A DNA stretch of 64,000 nucleotides. Source: Polyangiaceae bacterium. Lineage in GTDB: Bacteria; Myxococcota_A; Polyangia; Polyangiales; Polyangiaceae. The notes below the pieces were generated by a model. The model did no database searches. It was not told the origin of the DNA and saw only the letters and a list, made by a program, of their open reading frames with translations. Of this stretch, positions 56,890 to 64,000 are shown piece after piece. Location of the stretch: contig JBGANF010000003.1 in NCBI GenBank assembly GCA_044222475.1, forward strand, positions 79,644-143,643, written 5' to 3'. Each line of letters starts with the position of its first letter. Within the stretch, counting starts at the first letter, position 1. The translations under genes were made by a program, and so were the position numbers.

Positions 56890-57975
56890 CTAGACGGTGA
56901 GCTCCCGGAGCTGAATCTTCGCGCGATCGGCGATGCCGAGCCCGAGGTCGCCAGCGGCCTTGATGTAGCTCGGGGGGCGGCCTTCGGCGGTGAGCGACTG
57001 GAGGTTCTTCTTCTTGCGGAAGTCCTCGACGACCTCCCAGCCGATGGTGTCCATCGCGACCATGTCGGTGCTCGCGTACACCGCTTCGTAGGGAAGGCGG
57101 AACTGCGGCATCTTGTCGAGCGGGCCGCCGTTGCACATGACCTTGAACGCGTCGGTGATGGTCAGCCGGACGCGGCTCTTGATGACGTCCTGCGCGGCGA
57201 GGAGCGCGATCTGCGGGCTCGCGTGGTGGAGGTGGAAGTCGTGCGGGTTGATCGTGCACCCGTGCGTCATGTTCTTCAGCGTGCCGGTGTACCCGCAGAT
57301 CGAGTGGTCCTTGATGAGCGCGAAGTTGATGACCGCCGTCGACTCGGTGAGGGCGCGGACGAACTTCGTCTGGACGCCGGTGCCGGTGATGATGCGCGGG
57401 GCCATCGTGGCGTCGGTGTTGTTGTGGATGCTGATGTTCACGCCCTTGGGCACGTTCGCCGCGCTGACGCGGGTGCCAGCGAGGAAGCCGAAGTACTGCT
57501 CGAGGACGGTGATGTTCCCCGCCGGGATCCCGGCGGCGATCATCGCGTCGATGAACGGGAGCACGAGCTCCTTGTTCGTCGACATGTTGGCGAGCGCGAT
57601 GCCGTTGAGCTTGACGACGACTTTGTCCTGCGGGTGAACGAAGAGCTTCACGGCGTCGACGAGGGTCGCCTTGCCGGTGAGCTCGGTGACGGCTTTCTCC
57701 AGCATCACCTTGGCGTCATCGGCCTTCGGGTAGATCTGGTTCGGCATCAGCGAGCCCGGCTTGGACACCTTGATCACGCGACCGGGTGCGGAGAACGGGA
57801 CGAACCCGGGCGGCGGTGAAGCGGCGAGGCCTGGGGGCGGTGCGGGCGGCGCGGCGTCGGCCGAAGCGACGCCTTCGTGGAGGAGCGTGGCCGTCGCTAC
57901 CGCTGCCGCGGCCGCGGAGGCGAACTCACGTCGCCCGAGACCCGTTTCGCCAGTCTTTTCGCGGTCGTCACCCAT
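56890..57975 (-). CDS. Tat-exported DUF362 family protein
   Basis: GRREF twin-arginine signal; VVVKLN and KDHSICGYTGTLKNMTHG; GGAG RBS. Confidence 0.82.
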   Translation of the reverse strand: MGDDREKTGETGLGRREFASAAAAAVATATLLHEGVASADAAPPAPPPGLAASPPPGFVPFSAPGRVIKVSKPGSLMPNQIYPKADDAKVMLEKAVTELTGKATLVDAVKLFVHPQDKVVVKLNGIALANMSTNKELVLPFIDAMIAAGIPAGNITVLEQYFGFLAGTRVSAANVPKGVNISIHNNTDATMAPRIITGTGVQTKFVRALTESTAVINFALIKDHSICGYTGTLKNMTHGCTINPHDFHLHHASPQIALLAAQDVIKSRVRLTITDAFKVMCNGGPLDKMPQFRLPYEAVYASTDMVAMDTIGWEVVEDFRKKKNLQSLTAEGRPPSYIKAAGDLGLGIADRAKIQLRELTV

Positions 57976-58038
57976 GTGAATCTCCGATCGGCTGGGAATT
58001 TACGCGGGAAGCGCACGCGGCGCAACTTTGGGCCAGCC

Positions 58039-58074
58039 AGTGGCGCGGCGCCGGCACGAAGTGGCGCGCGCCAC
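58039..58074. promoter_or_regulatory. Candidate upstream activator sites for a sigma54 enhancer-binding protein
   Basis: AGTGGCGCG at 58039 and 58060 (21 bp apart). The second copy is part of the perfect palindrome GTGGCGCGCGCCAC. Confidence 0.45.
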
Positions 58075-58117
58075 CCTCGGTCGATCGACTTCCTCTGAGT
58101 TTTCGCGGCGCGGCGCT

Positions 58118-58133
58118 TGGCACCGGTTCTGCA
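58118..58133 (+). promoter_or_regulatory. Sigma54 (-24/-12) promoter
   Basis: TGGCACCGGTTCTGCA fits GG-N10-GC; predicted +1 near 58144-58146. Confidence 0.7.
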
Positions 58134-58144
58134 ATGCGTTCGGT

Positions 58145-58580
58145 CAGCACCCTTGCCGCGCGAGTCTCGCGCGAGCGCGCGGCCTGGGTGCGACGATTTT
58201 TCAAAAGCCACACAAAGACTAAAGGCGCTTGCGTTGGGTTCCATCGTGGAGCCCATCAGGGACAGAGCGGAGTGCAAGCAACGGCGGGTGGTGGACCGAG
58301 GTGGAAGAGGCGGCACGAACGCACCACGTGTGTTCGAAACGGGGTCGTGCGTCTCCGCTTCCCGGAACGAGCATCGTCTCGAGCCGACACTGAAGTCTGT
58401 GAACCGCCGGTTGGGAGAACGCGGAGGGCGCGGGGCCTGGCCACCGAAATGACGGGGGCCGCGTTAAACATTTGCTCGCAACGAGCCAGGGCTTCTCTGT
58501 TCGTGACCTAAAAAACCGGAAGCGCCCGGTAGGGCGAGACGCACCGATCGCGATTTTTGCACCGGGCGCTTCTCGTTCGC
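58145..58580 (+). ncRNA. Candidate large structured non-coding RNA of unrecognised family
   Basis: Lies in a ~730-nt gap without a credible CDS; starts at the sigma54 +1; multiple stems with plus-strand G-U wobbles; closes with a 12-bp stem (58519-58530/58561-58572). Confidence 0.55.
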
Positions 58581-58609
58581 GAGAGCCATTCCATGGGGTC
58601 GACGGGAGC

Positions 58610-58650
58610 CAGAAAGACGAAACCGCGGCCCTCAGGAGAGGGCCGCGGTT
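58610..58650 (-). terminator. Intrinsic terminator of the diheme cytochrome gene
   Basis: AACCGCGGCCCTC-N4-GAGGGCCGCGGTT stem followed on the minus strand by TCGTCTTTCT, about 50 nt after the stop at 58703. Confidence 0.75.
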
Positions 58651-58702
58651 CCCAAAGCGCGCGAACGAGACGCCACGGAGGCGGCGCGATCGCTCGCACG
58701 TG

Positions 58703-61417
58703 CTACGGCGCGCAGAAGTTGCCGCCGGTGGCCCCCGCCGCGCCCGGCGGCGCGACGACCGTGGTCGCGTTGTCGATCGAGAGGAGGAAGCTCACCAGCT
58801 GATCCCGCTCGGCCGGCGTGCTCTGCGTCCCCGGATCGAGGAAGTTCGTCGCGAACGCCTGGTGGTGCGCCTTGAACGTCTCGTCGAGGAGCGCCTCGAG
58901 CGTACGTGCATTGCCGGCGTGGAGGAACGGCGCGCCCGTCACCACGTTCAGCAGCGACGGCGGGTTGTACCCCTTCGCGCCGACGTCGTTGCCTTGGGCG
59001 ACCGTCGTCATGTTCGCGCGGACCTCGGCGACGCCCACACCGGTCTCGGCCACTCCGAACGTCCCGACGTTGCGCATCATGCAGAGCAGCTGATCGTTGG
59101 TCGCGCCGCCGACCTGCGCTCGCATCGTGCCCGAGGCCGCCGGGAGAAGACCCACCGGGAACCCCGCGGGCGCCGTCCAAGCCTTCGCGCTCAGCGCATC
59201 GGTGACCGTCTTGGTCGGCGCGTAGAACACCTTCGAGATGGTCCACTTGTCGCCGCCGTGGCAGCCCGCGCAGTTCTTCGACTCGAAGAGCGCACGACCC
59301 GCGGTCACCTTGCCCGCGTCCAGGTTCGTCGCACCTCGCGGCGAGCGAAGGCCCTGGAGGTACTTCGTCATCTCGGACCAATCGCCGAGCTGGCCCGGCG
59401 TCGAGATCTGCAGCGGGTTCGCCGGGTCGGCGACCTTCGCGCTCGAGCCGTTGAGGCCGTCGTGGCTCCCCGTCTCACCCGAGAGCGACGACGTGATCGT
59501 CGCGAGATCGATGCGGTCGGCAAGCGCCGGCGGCACCGTCTTCGCCTTCACGATCGCACCGACACCACCGGAGACGCCGCGAGTGTTCCCTTCGAAGTCG
59601 CTGAGCTCGTCGAAGATGCCGCTCCAGTTGAAGATGCGCTGATCGTTCGCGTCCTTCTTGGAGTAGCTCCCGTCGAGGCTCGTCGACTGCCGCGGACCGC
59701 GCGCGAAGTACCACGTCACGTTGTCGGTCAGACCATCCATGTGGCAGTTCTGGCACGCTCCCCAGCCCTGACCTCGGAGCGACCAGCGAGCCATACCGGT
59801 CGCGAAGAAGCGCTTGCCGTGGAGCACCTTCTCCGCGTCGGAGCCACCCGGAGGCAGCGCCGACGACGACGCGACGAGGGGCGTCGCACCGCCAGCCAGC
59901 GCCTGCGTGTTGAAGTCGAGGACGCTCACGTTGCGAGTCGCATCGTTGGCGACGAGCGCGAAGCCCTTGCCGGTTCGCGACACCGCGATGCCGATGGGCA
60001 GCTGCCCTGCCTTCTCGGTCGCGACACCAGCGGGGTTCAAGTTGATGAAGTTGGCGTTCGCCGCGCCCACCTCGGTGATCGCCCCAGACGTGTCGTACTT
60101 CACCCGGAACACGGCGTCGGCGCCGTTGGCCGCGACGTATCCGATCGTGCCGCCCTTGACGAAGTCGACGTCCATCGCGAGCAGCGGATAGCGCCGCGTC
60201 GCGTCGTCGGCGACCGCACCCGCGACGTACTTGTCGCGGAACCTCGCGTTGAGGTTCGCCGTGCCATCGGTCTCGACGCCGGTCGCGATGTCGATGACGG
60301 AGATCACCGGCGACGTCACGGTCTTGATGTTCGCGACGTCGGTACACGTGCCGGCGTTCGCCTGCGCGGTCGGGTTGAGGCAGAACGAGTCGACGTTCGG
60401 GGCCGCCGTGCAATCCGCGCTCGTGGTGCACGCGTTTCGATTCACCGGCTGCAAGGGTCCCTTCGGCGATGCGCACACGCTCGTCACGAACGCCTGCGTC
60501 CCCTGGACCGTGATCGACTGCAGCTGGTTCGGGAAGCAACCCGCGGCCGCACCTGCGCTGTCCTTGAAGCCGATGTCGGCCAGCGACTTCAGCTTGATCG
60601 TGGAGACCGAGAGATCGCTCGCCTTGATCTTGTAGACGACGCCGTTCTTGCTCACGTCGGCGTTGGCGCCGTTCGTATCTTCGGGCGCCACCCGCTGGGC
60701 GAAGTACTCGGTGACGAGGATCGACTCGTCGTCGTCGTTCGTGTCGGCGTTGTTCGTCACCGCGATCGAGCGCGGGTGCGCGAGCGAGGGCCGCGCCGTC
60801 ACCGTGCCCAACATCCCGGTCGCCACCAACGGCGCGTTCAGATCGACGGTCGCCTTGACCGTCATCGTCGCGGTGTCGAGCACCGTGACCGTACCGTCGA
60901 CCCAGTTCGCGACGTAGGCGCGTCGGCCTGACGGCGACAGCGCGATTCCGGTCGGCTCGGAGCCGACCTTCACGACCGCACCCTTCTTCGGCGTGCCCTT
61001 CAGATCGTCGATGCGGACGACCTGTTGCGACTGGCGCAACACGACGAGCGCGCTCGTCTGCTCCGGCAGGATGACGAGCTGCCACGGCTCGGTCCCCGCC
61101 CCCAAGTCGACCTCGGTCTTCTTCGTGATGCCCACCGGCTCCGGCGTCACGGTGAAGACGCTCACCGACCCGACGTCGCGGTTGACGGCGACGGCGACCG
61201 TGTCGTCCTGCGACAGCGCGATCGCCGCACCTCGGCTCGGCGCATCGGAGATGGTCACCGGACCACCGTCCACGTTTCCTCCATCGCCGGCGTCGGTCCC
61301 AGGGGTGACGGTGTCATCGCCGCTGCACGCGACGAGCGAGACGGCGAAGCCGACCGACATGAGAATCCCCATGCCAAAGGCCATGCAGCCCGCGAGCTTG
61401 GTGTTTCGATTTCTCAT
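58703..61417 (-). CDS. Lipoprotein: YncE/YVTN beta-propeller fused to a diheme cytochrome c peroxidase-like (bCcP/MauG superfamily) domain
   Basis: Lipobox LVAC; VGSEPTGIALS and AYVANW repeats; CQNCH...GPRQSTSL...FNWSG; GRALF...CAGCH; PPSLLNV..GAPFLHAG. Confidence 0.85.
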   Translation of the reverse strand: MRNRNTKLAGCMAFGMGILMSVGFAVSLVACSGDDTVTPGTDAGDGGNVDGGPVTISDAPSRGAAIALSQDDTVAVAVNRDVGSVSVFTVTPEPVGITKKTEVDLGAGTEPWQLVILPEQTSALVVLRQSQQVVRIDDLKGTPKKGAVVKVGSEPTGIALSPSGRRAYVANWVDGTVTVLDTATMTVKATVDLNAPLVATGMLGTVTARPSLAHPRSIAVTNNADTNDDDESILVTEYFAQRVAPEDTNGANADVSKNGVVYKIKASDLSVSTIKLKSLADIGFKDSAGAAAGCFPNQLQSITVQGTQAFVTSVCASPKGPLQPVNRNACTTSADCTAAPNVDSFCLNPTAQANAGTCTDVANIKTVTSPVISVIDIATGVETDGTANLNARFRDKYVAGAVADDATRRYPLLAMDVDFVKGGTIGYVAANGADAVFRVKYDTSGAITEVGAANANFINLNPAGVATEKAGQLPIGIAVSRTGKGFALVANDATRNVSVLDFNTQALAGGATPLVASSSALPPGGSDAEKVLHGKRFFATGMARWSLRGQGWGACQNCHMDGLTDNVTWYFARGPRQSTSLDGSYSKKDANDQRIFNWSGIFDELSDFEGNTRGVSGGVGAIVKAKTVPPALADRIDLATITSSLSGETGSHDGLNGSSAKVADPANPLQISTPGQLGDWSEMTKYLQGLRSPRGATNLDAGKVTAGRALFESKNCAGCHGGDKWTISKVFYAPTKTVTDALSAKAWTAPAGFPVGLLPAASGTMRAQVGGATNDQLLCMMRNVGTFGVAETGVGVAEVRANMTTVAQGNDVGAKGYNPPSLLNVVTGAPFLHAGNARTLEALLDETFKAHHQAFATNFLDPGTQSTPAERDQLVSFLLSIDNATTVVAPPGAAGATGGNFCAP

Positions 61418-61568
61418 CCTAAGTGCCTCCGTGGTCGCCGCCACATGGCGTGACGGGCGTGGGGGTCAACCTAGGAGTGCGATCGCACCATCGCCATTTA
61501 ATCCCATTTAATCCCAGTGTTGGGCGCCGTGCTTGGACGTGCGAGCGCGTCGCGGCTACGGTTGCTCG

Positions 61569-62156
61569 ATGCGCTCGCTCCTCTTCGCTTCGCTCGTCGT
61601 CGCTGCGTCCGCGTCGGCGTGCTCGTCGTCCGTGCCGGTCGGAGTCGTGTCCCTCGATGGGACGTACGTCGGCACCGTCAGCGGGAGCGACGCGTGGATC
61701 GCAGTCCACGCGAACGGCACGCAGCTCGCCGTGTACGCCTGCGGCGGCGCGAGCTCGTTCACGACGACGAGCCGGTGGTACGTCGGGACCGTCACCGATC
61801 GCCACGCGAAGATCTCGGTGGAGGGCTGGTCGGTCGACGTGGACCTCGTCGAAGGTCACGCGAAGGGAACGATGACGTCGCCGAGCGCGCAGTCGTTCGC
61901 GTTCGACGCCGCCATCGCGCGCGCCGGAAGCTTCGACGGTCTCTACTTCGCGCTCGACGGCGACAAGAAGACCGGCGTGATCGTGCGCCACGAGCAAGGC
62001 AAGGATCCCGTCGTCCAAGGCACCTGGTTCGGGCCGACGCTCGACGCGCGCGCGCAGGTCACGCCCATCAAGCCGGTCGATCAGACCGTCTTCGACGTGC
62101 AGTTCACCTTCGGGGGTCTGACGCGGACCCTGACCGTGAAGCCGTTCACGTTCTGA
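61569..62156 (+). CDS. Hypothetical lipoprotein
   Basis: Signal peptide with ASAC lipobox; TACGGT 6 nt upstream of the ATG; beta-rich. Confidence 0.7.
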   Translation: MRSLLFASLVVAASASACSSSVPVGVVSLDGTYVGTVSGSDAWIAVHANGTQLAVYACGGASSFTTTSRWYVGTVTDRHAKISVEGWSVDVDLVEGHAKGTMTSPSAQSFAFDAAIARAGSFDGLYFALDGDKKTGVIVRHEQGKDPVVQGTWFGPTLDARAQVTPIKPVDQTVFDVQFTFGGLTRTLTVKPFTF

Positions 62157-64000
62157 TGTCCGGCCTCGACTTCCCGGCGCCGGTGGACCTCTTCGTCGGC
62201 CGCGCCGAAGAGCTGGCGCGGATCGAGAAGCTCTTCGCCTCCGGTGCTCGCCTCGTCACCGTCTGGGCCGCGGCCGGCATGGGCAAGACCCGACTCGCGA
62301 TCGAGGCCGCGGCGCTCGCCGCGCGCAAGGAAGCGGTCGCGTTCGCCACCCTCGCGCCCGCGCCCGACCGCGAAGCGATGCTCGCCGAGATCGGCCGCGC
62401 TCTCGACGTCGCACCGACGACCGAGCGCACCACCCGCGACGCCCTCACGCGTCTCGGCCAAGCGCTGGCGGCGCGCGGACCGATCCTCGTCGTCCTCGAC
62501 AACTTCGAGCACCTCGCCGACGAAGCGCCGGTCGTGACGCAGCTCCTCCGCGCAGCCCCGCGCGCGCGCTTCCTCGTGACGTCGCGCGAGCGCCTCCGCG
62601 TCCAAGGCGAGATCGCCTTCGAGCTCCTCCCGCTGCCGTTCGACGGATCGCCCGAGGCCGAGGAGCTGTTCCTCGATCGCGCGCGCGCGGCCGACGCGTC
62701 GTGGGAGCCGACGCCGCCCCAACGCGAGCGCATCGCGAAGTTGCTCCGCGCGCTCGACGGGATCCCGCTCGTCATCGAGCTCGCCGCGGCGCGGCTCCCG
62801 GTGCTCGGCCTCGACGGCCTCGAGACCAAGCTCGGCGAGCACCTCGACGTGCTCGTCAGCGCGCGACGCGACGGCGAGTCACGCCAAGCGACGCTCCGCG
62901 GCGCGATCGAGTGGTCGTGGGAGCTCTGCTCGCTCGCCGAGCGCATGGCGCTCGCGCAGGCCGCGCTCTTCCGGGGCGGCTTCTCGATCGAAGCCGCCGA
63001 GCAGGTCTTCGCCGACGGGCTCCCCAGCGGTGCGCGCGTGCTCGACGTCGTCGAGCGCCTTCGCGAGCGGTCCCTCCTCCGCAGCTACTTCCCCAAGGAG
63101 ACGCCCGACCGCGCGCGCTTCACCCTGTACGAGCCGATCCGCGCGTTCGCGAGCGAGAAGCTCGACGAGCTCGGCGAGCGCGCCGCCGCCGAGGCCCGCC
63201 ACGCCGCGTACTTCCGTCGCGCGGCGACGGCGTGGGCGTCCGCGTCCGCGCTCGACCTCCTCTCGATCGAGTACCCGAACGTGCTCTCCGTCATCGATCG
63301 CACGCTCTCTGGACCTCGCCGGACCGTGTCCGCGGCGCTCGTCGCGATCGAGCTCCTCGTCGCGCTCGAACCGATCCTCGTTCGCCGCGTCTCCGCCGCG
63401 ACCCAGATCGAGCTCATCGACCGCGCCCGGAAGGGGCTGGGAGGAACCTCGCTCGACGACGGAACCCACGCCGCGCTCCTCCGGCTGCGCGGACGCGCAG
63501 CGCTCGTCGCCGGGCGCACGACGGACGCCATGCACGACCTCGAGAACGCGCTCGCCCACACCCATGACGATGCGAGCGCGCGAGCGCTTCGGATCGATCT
63601 CGGCGTCGCCCACCACGGCGCGCACCAGTACGACCTCGCCGAGCGCTTCTACGACGCCGCGCTCGACGGCTGCACCGACGACCGCGTGCGCGCGCGCGCG
63701 CTGGGCAACCTCGGCGCGCTCGCTCACGATCGCGGCGAACGGGGTGACGCCCGCGCGAAGTACGGCGCCGCGATCGACGCCGCGCACGCCGCCGGCGACG
63801 CTCGCCTCGAGGGAAACTTCCGCGTGAACCTCGGCGTGCTCGACGTCGAGGACGGCCGCCCCGACGCCGCGAGCATCGAGCTCACCCGCGGCCTCGAGCT
63901 CGTTCGACTCGCGGGAGACCTGCGCCTCGAGGCGATCACGCTCGGCAACCTCGGCATGCTGAGCCACGAACGCGGCGAGCTGCCCGCCGCGCTCGCGAAC
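62156..64000 (+). CDS. STAND/NB-ARC-like ATPase with TPR repeats (3' truncated by window edge, missing from ORF track)
   Basis: ATG overlaps the upstream TGA. Manual translation gives FVGRAEEL, AGMGKTRLA, LVVLDNFEHL, LVTSRERL, LDGIPLVIELAAARL, TLRGAIEWSW and ALGNLG-type TPRs. Confidence 0.88.
   Translation, partial: MSGLDFPAPVDLFVGRAEELARIEKLFASGARLVTVWAAAGMGKTRLAIEAAALAARKEAVAFATLAPAPDREAMLAEIGRALDVAPTTERTTRDALTRLGQALAARGPILVVLDNFEHLADEAPVVTQLLRAAPRARFLVTSRERLRVQGEIAFELLPLPFDGSPEAEELFLDRARAADASWEPTPPQRERIAKLLRALDGIPLVIELAAARLPVLGLDGLETKLGEHLDVLVSARRDGESRQATLRGAIEWSWELCSLAERMALAQAALFRGGFSIEAAEQVFADGLPSGARVLDVVERLRERSLLRSYFPKETPDRARFTLYEPIRAFASEKLDELGERAAAEARHAAYFRRAATAWASASALDLLSIEYPNVLSVIDRTLSGPRRTVSAALVAIELLVALEPILVRRVSAATQIELIDRARKGLGGTSLDDGTHAALLRLRGRAALVAGRTTDAMHDLENALAHTHDDASARALRIDLGVAHHGAHQYDLAERFYDAALDGCTDDRVRARALGNLGALAHDRGERGDARAKYGAAIDAAHAAGDARLEGNFRVNLGVLDVEDGRPDAASIELTRGLELVRLAGDLRLEAITLGNLGMLSHERGELPAALAN

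Noticed and set aside
58117..58452. 111-aa plus-strand ORF across the candidate ncRNA
   Set aside because: Its TTG start lies inside the sigma54 box, upstream of the predicted +1. There is no RBS and codon usage is atypical. A short internal peptide cannot be fully excluded.
58145..58580. Identification of the structured region as tmRNA, RNase P RNA, SRP RNA, a CsrB-like RNA or a riboswitch for the DUF362 gene
   Set aside because: No tRNA-like ends or RNase P GAGGAAAGUCC motif are visible. GGA triplets are present but not clearly in hairpin loops. G-U pairs favour the plus strand, opposite to the DUF362 gene.

Overview
High-GC chromosomal window of about 53 genes, most likely from a myxobacterium (Polyangiaceae-like). 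This is inferred from a MYXO-CTERM tail, three Hanks-type Ser/Thr kinases, an FHA-GGDEF protein, STAND-TPR proteins and many Cys-rich lipoproteins. Housekeeping genes (proS, glyS, thyA-folA, acnA, trmO, a Cys/Met PLP enzyme, a UvrD-family helicase) are mixed with secreted proteins. I saw no tRNA, rRNA, CRISPR array or transposase. Main highlights: (1) a ClpA-like double AAA+ ATPase with an IGF loop, fused to a full-length RF2-like module that has lost the GGQ domain and the stop-codon recognition motifs (21913-24600); (2) a candidate ~430-nt structured non-coding RNA behind a sigma54 promoter (about 58145-58580); (3) a porin / 13-heme cytochrome / monoheme lipoprotein operon (51317-55942); (4) a phaZ-bdhA operon with a PhaR-type operator inside a leaderless promoter; (5) widespread leaderless -10 boxes; (6) two intergenic inverted-repeat elements with the same architecture but different sequence. 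All family assignments come from motifs recognised by eye, and no database search was run.
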